Shown piece after piece: positions 34,904 to 44,246 of a stretch of DNA of 64,000 nucleotides. Where the stretch lies: contig JAJYDJ010000005.1 in NCBI GenBank assembly GCA_021777565.1, positions 30,400 through 94,399 on the forward strand. The letters are read 5' to 3'. The notes under the pieces were generated by a model. That model was not told the DNA's origin. It worked only from the letters and a program-made list of their open reading frames with translations, and did no database searches. The stretch's first letter is position 1. Every line of letters starts with the position of its first letter. A program made the position numbers and the translations under genes. The DNA comes from a bacterium (GTDB lineage Bacteria > Patescibacteriota > Microgenomatia > Levybacterales > UBA12049).

Positions 34904-35784
34904 ATTTTTTCAAAAATCCTCATTTTTGCGCTTCGAGATTTGGGATTTGATTCAATCTCCTCTTCTGTCGGCTCAACCACCTTTTTCGTGATCATTTTCC
35001 CTTTTCCTTCATCCATGAGTCTGACCATCTCTTCTTTGACAATTTCATCCTCCATTGAATGAAAGCTCACTACGACTAGCCTTCCACCACTTGCCAGAAG
35101 GTCTACTGCCTGTGGCAGCATATCCTTGAGTGCACCGAGCTCGTCGTTGACTGCAATACGAAGTGCTTGAAACATCCTGGTCGCAGGATGAATCTTGTGA
35201 AATCCCTTAGGATAGACTGATGCGGCGATATCTGCCAATTCTTGTGTTGTCTCAATTGGCTTCACTTCACGCACTTGGACAATTTTGTCTGCCATGCGTT
35301 TGGCCATTCTTTCCTGTCCAAATCCTAAAAAGATCGCGCATAATTCGCCACTGGTGAGAGTATTTACCAAATCTTTTGCACTTTTTTCAAGCGACTGATC
35401 CATCCGCATATCCAGAGGGCCAACGTTACGAAAACTAAAACCCCTCAGCCCCTCGTCAAATTGATGCGATGATACCCCTAGATCAGCAACAACGCCTTGA
35501 ATGCCAACAAATCCTTTCTCCTGAGCAACTTCCCTCATCTGTCTAAAGTTTGCTTTTACCAGATGTACATGATTTTTTGCCCACGATTCTTCATTGTCCA
35601 TTCGTCCATGCGCGTGCTTAATAGCATCTTCATCGACATCAAAGCTCAGGACTTCTCCACCACGTTTGGCAATTTCCAAGGTATATCCTCCTCCACCAAG
35701 TGTCCCATCAATATAGCGACCACCTGGTACTATATTGAGCGCTTCTATTGCTTCATGTAAAAGAACTGGAATGTGATAGCTCAT
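34900..35784 (-). CDS. rsmH: 16S rRNA (cytosine1402-N4)-methyltransferase RsmH (MraW)
   Basis: MSYHIPVLLHEAIEAL..., SAM-binding GYIDGTLGGGGY, DLGVSSHQ. Confidence 0.9.
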   Translation of the reverse strand: MSYHIPVLLHEAIEALNIVPGGRYIDGTLGGGGYTLEIAKRGGEVLSFDVDEDAIKHAHGRMDNEESWAKNHVHLVKANFRQMREVAQEKGFVGIQGVVADLGVSSHQFDEGLRGFSFRNVGPLDMRMDQSLEKSAKDLVNTLTSGELCAIFLGFGQERMAKRMADKIVQVREVKPIETTQELADIAASVYPKGFHKIHPATRMFQALRIAVNDELGALKDMLPQAVDLLASGGRLVVVSFHSMEDEIVKEEMVRLMDEGKGKMITKKVVEPTEEEIESNPKSRSAKMRIFEKI

Positions 35785-36227
35785 AGAGCTGTCCCTTCCT
35801 TTGGCATTCGTGAGAGCGTATCAGCAACTGACTCTACTCTTCCTGCGAGTTCAGCTTGATATCGATCCCATGCCTTTTTCTCCCAAATTTCTACGTATCG
35901 CTGCATACCGACAAACACTACATCTGTGCTTATCCCTGCAAACTCTCGCAAAAATTCAGGGAGGACACATCGTCCTTTTCGATCAAGGTCAACTTCCGTT
36001 GCATTTCCTAGGAGGAAACGCTGTACTTCGTGACTGTTTTTATCTATAAAGGCCTTGTCCGCAGTCCCTTCGGTCAGTACCTGCCAAGAGGCAGCGGAAA
36101 CAATCATGATGCATTGTCCCAAACCTTTGGTAAGTATGACTTTCTCTCCAAGTACTTCACGAAATTTCCGAGGAAGCGATACCTGGAATTTCGCTGCAAC
36201 TTTCGCTTCATACTGACCAATCATCAT
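35781..36227 (-). CDS. mraZ: Transcriptional regulator MraZ
   Basis: Two MraZ repeats (KFQVSLPRKFRE and GRCVLPEFLRE). Confidence 0.85.
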   Translation of the reverse strand: MMIGQYEAKVAAKFQVSLPRKFREVLGEKVILTKGLGQCIMIVSAASWQVLTEGTADKAFIDKNSHEVQRFLLGNATEVDLDRKGRCVLPEFLREFAGISTDVVFVGMQRYVEIWEKKAWDRYQAELAGRVESVADTLSRMPKEGTAL

Positions 36228-36255
36228 AATTCTTTCCTACCTTTTCCTACTTTGG

Positions 36256-36312
36256 ACTATATTTAGTATTTCACTTACGTGTGAAAAGTGTCAAGGGGAA
36301 AAATGTGAAAAG
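36256..36312 (-). promoter_or_regulatory. Putative mraZ promoter with two direct repeats CTTTTCACA (candidate MraZ operator)
   Basis: Minus strand: -35 TTCACA (plus 36280-36285), 18-nt spacer, -10 TATAGT (plus 36256-36261). The direct repeat CTTTTCACA occurs twice, at plus 36280-36288 and 36304-36312, 24 nt apart. The promoter-proximal copy overlaps the -35. AGGAAAG lies 4-5 nt before the ATG. Confidence 0.35.
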
Positions 36313-36400
36313 AGAACCTACATCACTGATGTATGAACATGAAACATGATTGCCACAATAAATCATCAGGGCTGATTGGTGTGAATACGTAGGCTACGTA

Positions 36401-36880
36401 TTAGAGTGAGGCTGTTGTAGTAAGGGAGTAGACCGTACCGTCTACTTTGGTGACTTTTAAGGTAAGCTGGATATCACTTACTCCCGTGTCATAGTGACAA
36501 ACATCAGAACAGGTCCCCAGAACAATCTCCTGCTGGGCTGTTGCTTGCCCTGATTTCACTTCGATTTTACCAATAACACCACGAGGAACCGTATTCCCGT
36601 TGGACTGAGCATTGTAATCCAGCTCGTAGTCAATGAGTGAGACATCACTGAGCTTACTCACACTGACAGTCAAAGCCTTGCCACCTCTACTTGGAGAGAT
36701 GGTCAACCCAAGATCCTGTGGGGTAAGCGTTGGGACAGCACCTTGCTGAAGAGTAGTTGGCTTGGTCGTTTGTTGAGTGGTTGTAGTACTACCACGAAGC
36801 ATAAAGAAGGCAATAGCTCCAACTAAAATAATAGCAAATGCGCCTACTCCTAGCGCGATGTAGAGATTTCTCTTCTCCAT
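36401..36880 (-). CDS. Hypothetical membrane-anchored/exported protein (about 160 aa)
   Basis: N-terminal TM (LYIALGVGAFAIILVGAIAFFML), Thr/Gln-rich linker, beta-rich C-terminal domain. Confidence 0.5.
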   Translation of the reverse strand: MEKRNLYIALGVGAFAIILVGAIAFFMLRGSTTTTQQTTKPTTLQQGAVPTLTPQDLGLTISPSRGGKALTVSVSKLSDVSLIDYELDYNAQSNGNTVPRGVIGKIEVKSGQATAQQEIVLGTCSDVCHYDTGVSDIQLTLKVTKVDGTVYSLTTTASL

Positions 36881-36916
36881 ATATCTATTGTGTACTACCA
36901 AAATCCTCCTTGTCAA

Positions 36917-38374
36917 CTAAACAAGTCTCTCTTGGATATATGAAACCAGTTCAGAGATGGCAACTCTTTTTTGCTCCTTGCTGTCACGATCACGAACGGT
37001 CACTGATTGATCTTCAAGACTTTGGAAATCAACGGTAATACAGTATGGTGTCCCAATCTCGTCTTGGGACAGATAGCGCTTCCCAATATTTCCACGATCA
37101 TCCCAGAGGATCTTGCCGTTCACTTTCTCCTGCAGTGTTTGATAGACCTTCTGGGCAAGCTCAGTCAGCTCAGGCTTGTTCGCAAGCAGTGGAAATACTG
37201 CTGCCTTCACTGGGGCAACTTTGGGTGCAAATTTAAGGACTACCCGGTCCTCTTCTTGAGTAAATGCATCAGAGAGCACCATCAACAGAAGTCTATTGAT
37301 CCCAACCGCTGGTTCAATCACATGAGGAACTATTTTCTTGCCCGTCTGAGGATCAACAATGGAGAGGTCTCGGCCAGAATTCTTCATATGATTTTGTAAA
37401 TCATAGTCAGTTCGGTACGCAAGTCCCCACAATTCTTTGAACCCAAATGGGAATTGATACTCCAAATCCTCTGTCTTGGTACTATAAAATGATCGCTCTT
37501 CATCAGAGTGAGTGCGCCATCTCAGCTTCTCTGATTGAACTCCCAGTGCCTGTGTGACAAAGGTATACATAGTCTCTTTCCAGGTATCAAAAGTCTTCTC
37601 CCAATTTGTCACCTCTGGGTCAAAGAAATACTCAAGCTCCCCTTGCTCAAATTCAATTGTTCTAAAGATAGAATTCCCAGGCGTAATTTCATTTCTAAAA
37701 CTCTTTCCCAGCTGTGCGATACCAAACGGCAAGCGCACGCGATTGGAATCGACGACTAATTTGAAGTCAATAAAGATATTCTGAGCAGTTTCCCCTCTGA
37801 GATAGGCCGACCCACCTTCCCCTTCTACGAGTCCTAACTGGACAGGGAAAAGCTGATTAAATTTGCGTACCGGTGTCCATTGGATTTGTTTACATTTTCT
37901 GCATTTAATCTGGAATCCCTTTATCAGGGCATTTAACTTTACTTCACTTAAACCTTCTACTTTACCAGTCTCCAAAACATTTTTTACTTCATCTTCAGAA
38001 ATATCAAAATAACCAGGCTCAAATACTAAATTAGTAAACTTCTTTTCTTCATCTGTCATATCCTCGAGATAATCCTCAATCAGGTGGTCAGCTCGGAAGC
38101 GTGATTTGCAGTTCTTACAGTCAATCATGGCATCGGCAAAACTTGCGGTGTGTCCACTAGCTTCCCAAATTTTGTGATTTGATATCACACTGGCATCAAG
38201 CCCTACCACATCACTTCTTTTGGTGACAAAATAACTCCACCAAAGGTTACGAATGTTTCTGAGAAGCTCTGCTCCCACTGGCCCATAATCATAGGTGTTG
38301 GCAAGCCCACCATAGAGATCTGATCCAGGATAGAAAAATCCTCGACTTTTGGCTAGCGCTGTAATTTTTTCCAT
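36917..38374 (-). CDS. glyS: Glycyl-tRNA synthetase, alpha2 (eukaryote/archaeal-type) class II
   Basis: MEKITALAKSRGFFYPGSDLYGGLANTYDYGPVGAEL..., class II motifs. Alternative start MDVTMEK at 38386. Confidence 0.85.
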   Translation of the reverse strand: MEKITALAKSRGFFYPGSDLYGGLANTYDYGPVGAELLRNIRNLWWSYFVTKRSDVVGLDASVISNHKIWEASGHTASFADAMIDCKNCKSRFRADHLIEDYLEDMTDEEKKFTNLVFEPGYFDISEDEVKNVLETGKVEGLSEVKLNALIKGFQIKCRKCKQIQWTPVRKFNQLFPVQLGLVEGEGGSAYLRGETAQNIFIDFKLVVDSNRVRLPFGIAQLGKSFRNEITPGNSIFRTIEFEQGELEYFFDPEVTNWEKTFDTWKETMYTFVTQALGVQSEKLRWRTHSDEERSFYSTKTEDLEYQFPFGFKELWGLAYRTDYDLQNHMKNSGRDLSIVDPQTGKKIVPHVIEPAVGINRLLLMVLSDAFTQEEDRVVLKFAPKVAPVKAAVFPLLANKPELTELAQKVYQTLQEKVNGKILWDDRGNIGKRYLSQDEIGTPYCITVDFQSLEDQSVTVRDRDSKEQKRVAISELVSYIQERLV

Positions 38375-38404
38375 TGTTACGTCCATATAGCTATTATTAC
38401 ACAA

Positions 38405-38532
38405 AAAAACCCGTCACTACTACATTAGTAGGGACGAGTCACATAGTGATCCGCGGTTCCACCCTCATTCCAAGACATTTGTCTTGACTCTTTTGATAAA
38501 GCTCCCGGTTGCCAAGCCGATCATTGCTCTCT
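38405..38532 (-). promoter_or_regulatory. T-box riboswitch leader (Gly-specific, short glyQS-type without Stem II) with an intrinsic terminator
   Basis: On the minus strand: AGAGA in Stem I; a GGC-A specifier candidate (CUUGGCAACC); the T-box sequence AAUGAGGGUGGAACCGCGG (plus 38451-38469); a UGGA bulge matching a tRNA with discriminator U (tRNA-Gly); and a terminator CGUCCCUACUA-AUG-UAGUAGUGACGGG followed by U7 (plus 38403-38440). Confidence 0.75.
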
Positions 38533-38538
38533 GTGTGT

Positions 38539-38567
38539 ATCATAACAAGCACATATGCGCCTGTCAA
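38539..38567 (-). promoter_or_regulatory. Sigma70 promoter for the glyS T-box leader
   Basis: Minus strand: TTGACA (plus 38562-38567), 17-nt spacer, TATGAT (plus 38539-38544). Confidence 0.6.
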
Positions 38568-38806
38568 TGCAAGAATAATCGTGACAATGCGACAATCCCG
38601 ATGGCAGCCCACACGATATTCAGTACCGCAGGCTGATAGTCTTTTTTGGAGAATGCTTCGACAAGAATACCTATACTTCCCGTGATATTTAGCAGTTGAT
38701 ACCAGACTGAATGTACTGACAGCACACCAAAGTTACTGAGTGCATACGCGCCAAGAATGACAAGAATGCCATACCATCCAAGAAATTCGGTAACTGTGTG
38801 TTTCAT
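38564..38806 (-). CDS. Small 3-TM membrane protein (about 80 aa)
   Basis: Hydrophobic helices (GWYGILVILGAYALSNFGVL, ITGSIGILVEAF, AVLNIVWAAIGIVAL). Start chosen at MKHTV (38806), abutting the recO stop. Confidence 0.4.
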   Translation of the reverse strand: MKHTVTEFLGWYGILVILGAYALSNFGVLSVHSVWYQLLNITGSIGILVEAFSKKDYQPAVLNIVWAAIGIVALSRLFLH

Positions 38807-38807
38807 G

Positions 38808-39359
38808 TTATCCCAAAAGTTGAGGCAGCAGGTGTCGAGTTTTGAGCTTACGTTCCAAAATTTCCTCAATAAAAAGTGATGCACGACTGCCACTCAAATC
38901 CTGTGACCCGACGTATCCAAGAGAGGTCAGGAGTGAGAGCTCAAACTGATGCACGCTTTGTGCTACTGACTCAGAGCATGATGAAAGTGAGGTAAGAATT
39001 CTTTTAGTCAAATGAAACACGTCCTCAGACGCTTGACGTTCAGGCAGGAGGCCTTCAACTAATTCGCAGATGTGGTAAGCGATACCGACTCGAGGCAACT
39101 CTTGTTTCATCCCTGCATATACTTCTAAGAGTTGCACTTCAGTCACAATCGGCATAGTGCCTGAACTGTGCTCGTAGAGTGCTACTTTGCAGAGATTAAA
39201 CAAATCAAGACTTGCACCACGGCGGGAAGTAATCTTTCGAATGCCTTTTGCTTTTACTACCATCTTACCTTCTTCCTGGGTAAAAAGTGTCAGCAGCATA
39301 TCCGCCTCACCAACAGGTTTTCTTTTGAGAATAAGGGCAGTAACCGATCGATGACGCAT
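38808..39359 (-). CDS. recO: DNA repair protein RecO (short form, 183 aa)
   Basis: N-terminal OB-fold (RSVTALILKRKPVGEADMLLTLFTQEEGKMVVKAKGIRK) plus a helical region. There is no C-terminal Cys4 zinc-finger module. Confidence 0.7.
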   Translation of the reverse strand: MRHRSVTALILKRKPVGEADMLLTLFTQEEGKMVVKAKGIRKITSRRGASLDLFNLCKVALYEHSSGTMPIVTEVQLLEVYAGMKQELPRVGIAYHICELVEGLLPERQASEDVFHLTKRILTSLSSCSESVAQSVHQFELSLLTSLGYVGSQDLSGSRASLFIEEILERKLKTRHLLPQLLG

Positions 39360-39367
39360 AGAATCTC

Positions 39368-41359
39368 TTATGGATTGAGTGTCGTTGTGTAGTCTTGTAT
39401 GAAGTCAAATGATTGGACTTTGTTCCCATTCACATTAATCGTATATGGGGTAGTATAAGTCCCAGCCTGCTTCTGATACATGACTGGAAGTGGAGAACCA
39501 GGCTTGAGCTTAAATGGCAGAGTGTATGACACGCTGAGTTTGGCAGTGCCCAGTGGTCTGATCACCAGGAAGTTTTCGATGACGGTCTTGCCAAGCTCAT
39601 CATAGGTCTGTGTCTTTACTTCAGATCCAGTGACTTTGCCAGCCTGTGAGCCCTGTGGGACATACATGCGTACTACGTTACGAAGGGGAGCATTGAGACA
39701 GAGCTGCCCATGTTCGAGATTACAATCAGATGGTGGGTTTGGATTCTTGTAATTAATAGTTACTGTCTTGGTAATTGTCCCATCATTGGCTACTTGATAG
39801 TCTTGTGTTACTGCCTCAGTGACGTACATGTTTGATTTGGCACCACCGAAGTTGGCTTCATTGATCGCCAGGTAGTCACCATCAAATGGTTTGATCTGTC
39901 CTGCCACATTGAGTGCTTCTACTCCCTGCTGTGCACCCTGGTCAAAGAGATAGAACTGGATATGCTTTTGTTGTGCATCCTGGATAAATCCTTGCACCAG
40001 TGGACCCAAGACTTGTCGACTTGGTGCATCAAAAACGCGCTGGAGGATAGTTGAGAGCATGTCACTCAAGACGCCTTTTCTATTATCCTTAATGTATCCC
40101 ACAGGCTGATCAGCATACAGTTCAAGCTGGTAAATAACATTTTCACAATCACAACGCTTGTCAATTTGTGTCGTATAGGTATTGCCATTTACCGTCAATG
40201 AGCCTCCCAAGGCATTAATAGCGGTAATTAGTGGTTGTGTATCCATAGCGATAATACCTTGCACTGCTACTTTCTTAGGAGACGTCTGATACATGCTGTA
40301 GAACAACTTCATGGAAGTCACAAAATCAGGAGATAAGTTACTGTCCCTGAGATTAAACTGTGGAACTGCTGGCAAGTATGTGGCCAAAAGACGTGGTGCA
40401 CTCTGTTTGTTTGGGATAGTGGCATCAAGTGAGTAAATATCGTCTGACGCTTCCTTCACTGGCTTACCTTTTTCCACACGCATCACAGCATATTCTGTGA
40501 TAAATCCACCGGTTGGGCGGAGTTCTTTGTCATTTTGGAACAAAACGAGATATCGTGCATCGTGGTCAGCACCCAAGAGAGTTGGCAACTGTTTTACCAA
40601 TGGCTTTGCCTCAGTCACGAAGGAGATGGCATCTTCTGCATAAGTCTTCGCATTTTCTACACCAGAACGGACTTTCCCACCAGCGATGAAGCTTGGATAA
40701 TGATTTGGATCGATAGCGTCAACTTCTGATTTCGCTTGTTGCATCAAGGCAGCGATATCATCAATCCTTGGCGTAACCTTGTCCAAAGCAAGAACTAACG
40801 TTTGTAGACGAGAACCAGCTGCACCGTTATATGTCCCTTGCCCTTTGAGACCCAAAACATCAGCATATGGAGTAAGAGAATCTACCATAATGCGAGCTGC
40901 TTGCAACCCATAATCGCCAGCTTTCATACCATGCACCGCATCTGAATAATACATATTGGCAACTGGGACAAACGCGAGATATCCAAGACCGTTGATCATA
41001 TCCTGTGTTTTTTTGAATTCTGTTGTTGTTTGAGTCAAATCATTGGATACTTTTACCAGATCTTCTGCTTTCATATCTGCCACAAGAGCGCTTCCTTGTG
41101 CTTTAAGAATTCTTACCTGTGCATAAAGCCTAACTGCTGGGAGCACAATACCCAAGACAATAAATAGGCCTAAAACAATAACAACCCCAGCAATAATACC
41201 TGCGGTCTTCTTACTGATCTTTATATTCATTCTCATGGGAGAGCGAGAAATACGGCTAGCCCGCAGGGGAACAGTCGAAGTATCTTGTGACAAATCAATT
41301 TTATCAAATGCCATAGTAATATCGTACGGACTTACGAGATTTCTGTCAACAGATAGCAC
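39368..41359 (-). CDS. DUF4012 domain protein (bitopic, large extracytoplasmic domain)
   Basis: TM (AGIIAGVVIVLGLFIVLGIVL) and the hallmark FQNDKELRPTGGFITEYAV motif of DUF4012, a family that I recall clustering with polysaccharide-priming transferases. Start may instead be MAFDK (41314). Confidence 0.6.
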   Translation of the reverse strand: MLSVDRNLVSPYDITMAFDKIDLSQDTSTVPLRASRISRSPMRMNIKISKKTAGIIAGVVIVLGLFIVLGIVLPAVRLYAQVRILKAQGSALVADMKAEDLVKVSNDLTQTTTEFKKTQDMINGLGYLAFVPVANMYYSDAVHGMKAGDYGLQAARIMVDSLTPYADVLGLKGQGTYNGAAGSRLQTLVLALDKVTPRIDDIAALMQQAKSEVDAIDPNHYPSFIAGGKVRSGVENAKTYAEDAISFVTEAKPLVKQLPTLLGADHDARYLVLFQNDKELRPTGGFITEYAVMRVEKGKPVKEASDDIYSLDATIPNKQSAPRLLATYLPAVPQFNLRDSNLSPDFVTSMKLFYSMYQTSPKKVAVQGIIAMDTQPLITAINALGGSLTVNGNTYTTQIDKRCDCENVIYQLELYADQPVGYIKDNRKGVLSDMLSTILQRVFDAPSRQVLGPLVQGFIQDAQQKHIQFYLFDQGAQQGVEALNVAGQIKPFDGDYLAINEANFGGAKSNMYVTEAVTQDYQVANDGTITKTVTINYKNPNPPSDCNLEHGQLCLNAPLRNVVRMYVPQGSQAGKVTGSEVKTQTYDELGKTVIENFLVIRPLGTAKLSVSYTLPFKLKPGSPLPVMYQKQAGTYTTPYTINVNGNKVQSFDFIQDYTTTLNP

Positions 41360-41365
41360 ACTAGT

Positions 41366-42043
41366 CTAGTATGCTCCTTTGGCAGATATCATCGCCCAGG
41401 GTGTACGTAACATAATATATATGTCGTACCAGATCGATCTCTTCCTCGCATACTCTGCGTCAAATTTAATGCGTTGATCAAAGGCAAGCTCACTTCTACC
41501 GCCGACCTGCCATGGGCCAGTAATACCAGGTTTAACCGTCTGCATCTCATTTACATATTTATCGGTGCCAGGAAACTTTTTTTGTTGCTCTGTTAATTCC
41601 TCTGCAAGATATGGGCGTGGTCCCACCACACTCATTTCGCCTCTGAGAACATTAATGAATTGAGGCATCTCATCAATGGAATACTTACGAATAAACTTCC
41701 CAATTGGAGTAATACGCGGATCATTTTTAGGCTTGTAATGCCCATTTGAATGTTTTTCTATATAGGCTTTTTGATAGTCTGGGTTTGTTTTCTCAAGGAC
41801 ATCTGCGTTGACAACCATAGAACGAAATTTATATAAACGAAAGATTTTACCATCCTTACCCATACGCTTCATGTGCGCATTAGATTTTTCGACGAAGACT
41901 GGCCCTTGAGAAGTAAATTTGATAATACACGCAACTACGATCATGATTGGAGAAAAAATAAGCAGAGCAAAGATGGACGCTATAACGTCTAAGATACGTT
42001 TCTGTATCTCATATAAACCATCCGTGTGCGTCGCGTGTTCCAT
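41366..42043 (-). CDS. Phosphoglycosyl transferase (small bacterial sugar transferase, WbaP/PglC C-terminal-domain type)
   Basis: IKFTSQGPVFVEKSNAHMKRMGKDGKIFRLYKFRSM...DEMPQFINVLRGEMSVVGPRP...KPGITGPWQVGGRSEL. Confidence 0.8.
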   Translation of the reverse strand: MEHATHTDGLYEIQKRILDVIASIFALLIFSPIMIVVACIIKFTSQGPVFVEKSNAHMKRMGKDGKIFRLYKFRSMVVNADVLEKTNPDYQKAYIEKHSNGHYKPKNDPRITPIGKFIRKYSIDEMPQFINVLRGEMSVVGPRPYLAEELTEQQKKFPGTDKYVNEMQTVKPGITGPWQVGGRSELAFDQRIKFDAEYARKRSIWYDIYIMLRTPWAMISAKGAY

Positions 42044-42051
42044 ATCTTCTT

Positions 42052-43134
42052 CTATATTAGATGTTCATGCTCACTTCCTTCAAGTGCCTCGACAAACTTC
42101 TTTACCTTCGGAATTGATCGAGAGTGACAAATAAGCACAACATCGTCTGTATTTACAACCACAAGATCATCCAGATCAATGCCAACGACCAATTTCCACT
42201 CATAGTTAAAGACAAGTGAGTTTTTGCTATCAACCAGTGAGACATTCCCATGAGTAACATTCTCTTCATCATGCTCCTGCAGCGCTTCCTTTAATGATTC
42301 CCACGCGCCCACATCACTCCACTCTAGATCTTCTGCCAATACTCCAACTCCATCTTTTGACATTTTTTGAATAATCAAGTCATCAAAACTTATCTTTTCA
42401 AAGCTTGGATAGACTGTTTGTATCTGTTCACGGAATTTCTCTTGATCATTTATTTGAATCAGTTCTTCCAGTGCGCTTGCCATTTCAGGAGCAAATGATT
42501 TATACAAAGAAACAAGATGTCGGGGCGTCGTCACGAAATAGCCCAGATTCCACATATACTTCCCACTTTTCATAAATTCACTAGCTTCTTCTTGCGTTGG
42601 GCGATACTTAAATGACTGGAATTCGTACGATGCGATTCCTTCAACCTCAGGAAGCTGTTCGCCCACATGAATCCATCCCATGTTTTGATTGGCGAAACGA
42701 GGTTTTTGTGCAAGCAGAACAAACTGAGATTGATTGTTCTCAATTAAATGTTCAGCACCAAGAAGCATCTTTCGAAATTCTGCAGGCTTTTTGACCATAT
42801 GATCACTCCACAAGATAGCCATCGCTTCATCGGGATTTCTCTGGTAGAGCGTAAAGGCAGCCAATCCAATAGCAGGGCCGACATCACGCATCGCTGGCTC
42901 AAAAATAAAATGATCATCAGGAATCTCCGGGAGTTGTTCTTTCAAGACTTCTTCGTAGCGATCGCCTGTAGCGATGAAAACATCTTTTTCTGAGAAATCA
43001 GGACGAAGACGATCAATGGTTTGTTGCAGTGTTGATTTACCTTCTATAATCTTTCCAAATTGCTTTGGTGTTTTTTTACGAGATAGTGGCCATAATCTGG
43101 TCCCCACCCCTCCAGCAAAGATGACAATGTTCAT
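42052..43134 (-). CDS. manC: Mannose-1-phosphate guanylyltransferase-type NDP-sugar pyrophosphorylase
   Basis: IFAGGVGTRLWPLSRKKTPKQF nucleotidyltransferase motif. The size and the C-terminal beta-helix region are typical of GMP without a PMI domain. Confidence 0.75.
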   Translation of the reverse strand: MNIVIFAGGVGTRLWPLSRKKTPKQFGKIIEGKSTLQQTIDRLRPDFSEKDVFIATGDRYEEVLKEQLPEIPDDHFIFEPAMRDVGPAIGLAAFTLYQRNPDEAMAILWSDHMVKKPAEFRKMLLGAEHLIENNQSQFVLLAQKPRFANQNMGWIHVGEQLPEVEGIASYEFQSFKYRPTQEEASEFMKSGKYMWNLGYFVTTPRHLVSLYKSFAPEMASALEELIQINDQEKFREQIQTVYPSFEKISFDDLIIQKMSKDGVGVLAEDLEWSDVGAWESLKEALQEHDEENVTHGNVSLVDSKNSLVFNYEWKLVVGIDLDDLVVVNTDDVVLICHSRSIPKVKKFVEALEGSEHEHLI

Positions 43135-44246
43135 AATGATGCGATGATTTTTTTGAGTTGTTTTTCAAATATTCCTGATGAAAAACGGGCTGCGAGTCGT
43201 ATGCAGGCAACCTCATTATATCGGGATTTATCAAAATTTACCAGTGACATAGACAACGCTTCTACACTCTGAGTATCGAAAAATTCTCCGTTTATCCCTT
43301 CCTCTACAATCTCCAATGCTCCTCCACCACGATATGCAATAACGGGGGTACCATGCAACCCTGCTTCTACCATGACCATGCCAAAATCTTCTTTCCCAGG
43401 GAAAACAAATGCACGTGCCTTTGCATAGAGATCATGAAGCTGATCATCACTGACAAATCCCAAAAATTCTACATTTGGTCCAGCAATTCTTTTAAAATAG
43501 GAAACATTCCCTTTCCCAGCAACTTTTAATTTGACACCAGTCTTAGTGGCAGCATGGATTGCCAGATCAACCCTTTTATAAAAAGTGAACCCTGAAAGTC
43601 GAGATATGAGTGAACTTGAAAGTCGTGAAACTACTAAAAAGTACTCTTCTTTTTTACTACTTTTTTCCATCGTATGCTTGGTAAGACAAGGAGCATCAGT
43701 TGGCGGGTATAAAAGTTTGGCTTCCCTTTTGTAGTACATCTTGATACGGCTTTGTACTTCCTGAGAATTGGCAACCAGTACATCCGGCCGATACGCAGCA
43801 ACTGTGTCCCACCAGCGCATATACCAAACCAATGGCAGTGTTATCCATCTAAAAAACTTGTTTGAAAAATATTCTTCATATCCACTCCAGAGATAACGGG
43901 TTGGAGTCAGACACAGACAGATATGTTTGGTTCCAGGCTTGGTGATGATCCCCTTTGCCGCTTCACTCGAGACTGAGATTACTAAGTCATACTCGTCGAA
44001 CCGAAAGCTTTCAAATGCAAGTGGCATCAGAAATGGAATGATCTCGTTGTGTTTGAAAAAAGGGATGTGCTGCAAAAATGATGTGCGAACATCAAAAACC
44101 TCTGCCCAAGGTGCATTTTTTTTGTCATACACCGATGTATATAAAGGTGCATCGGGAAACATCTTATGGAGCATAAGAAGGGTTCGTTCCGCTCCTCCCC
44201 ATTTATTTACCCGGTCGTATACAATTGCTACTTTCATAGGCATCAT
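43131..44246 (-). CDS. GT4 family glycosyltransferase
   Basis: GT-B fold, EDFGMVMVEAGLHGTPVIA (E-x7-E) motif. Confidence 0.75.
   Translation of the reverse strand: MMPMKVAIVYDRVNKWGGAERTLLMLHKMFPDAPLYTSVYDKKNAPWAEVFDVRTSFLQHIPFFKHNEIIPFLMPLAFESFRFDEYDLVISVSSEAAKGIITKPGTKHICLCLTPTRYLWSGYEEYFSNKFFRWITLPLVWYMRWWDTVAAYRPDVLVANSQEVQSRIKMYYKREAKLLYPPTDAPCLTKHTMEKSSKKEEYFLVVSRLSSSLISRLSGFTFYKRVDLAIHAATKTGVKLKVAGKGNVSYFKRIAGPNVEFLGFVSDDQLHDLYAKARAFVFPGKEDFGMVMVEAGLHGTPVIAYRGGGALEIVEEGINGEFFDTQSVEALSMSLVNFDKSRYNEVACIRLAARFSSGIFEKQLKKIIASL

Noticed and set aside
38564-38893. The 109-aa ORF as a frameshifted C-terminus of RecO
   Set aside because: The translation is dominated by transmembrane helices and has no Cys4 zinc motif. 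This is inconsistent with a RecO C-terminal domain.
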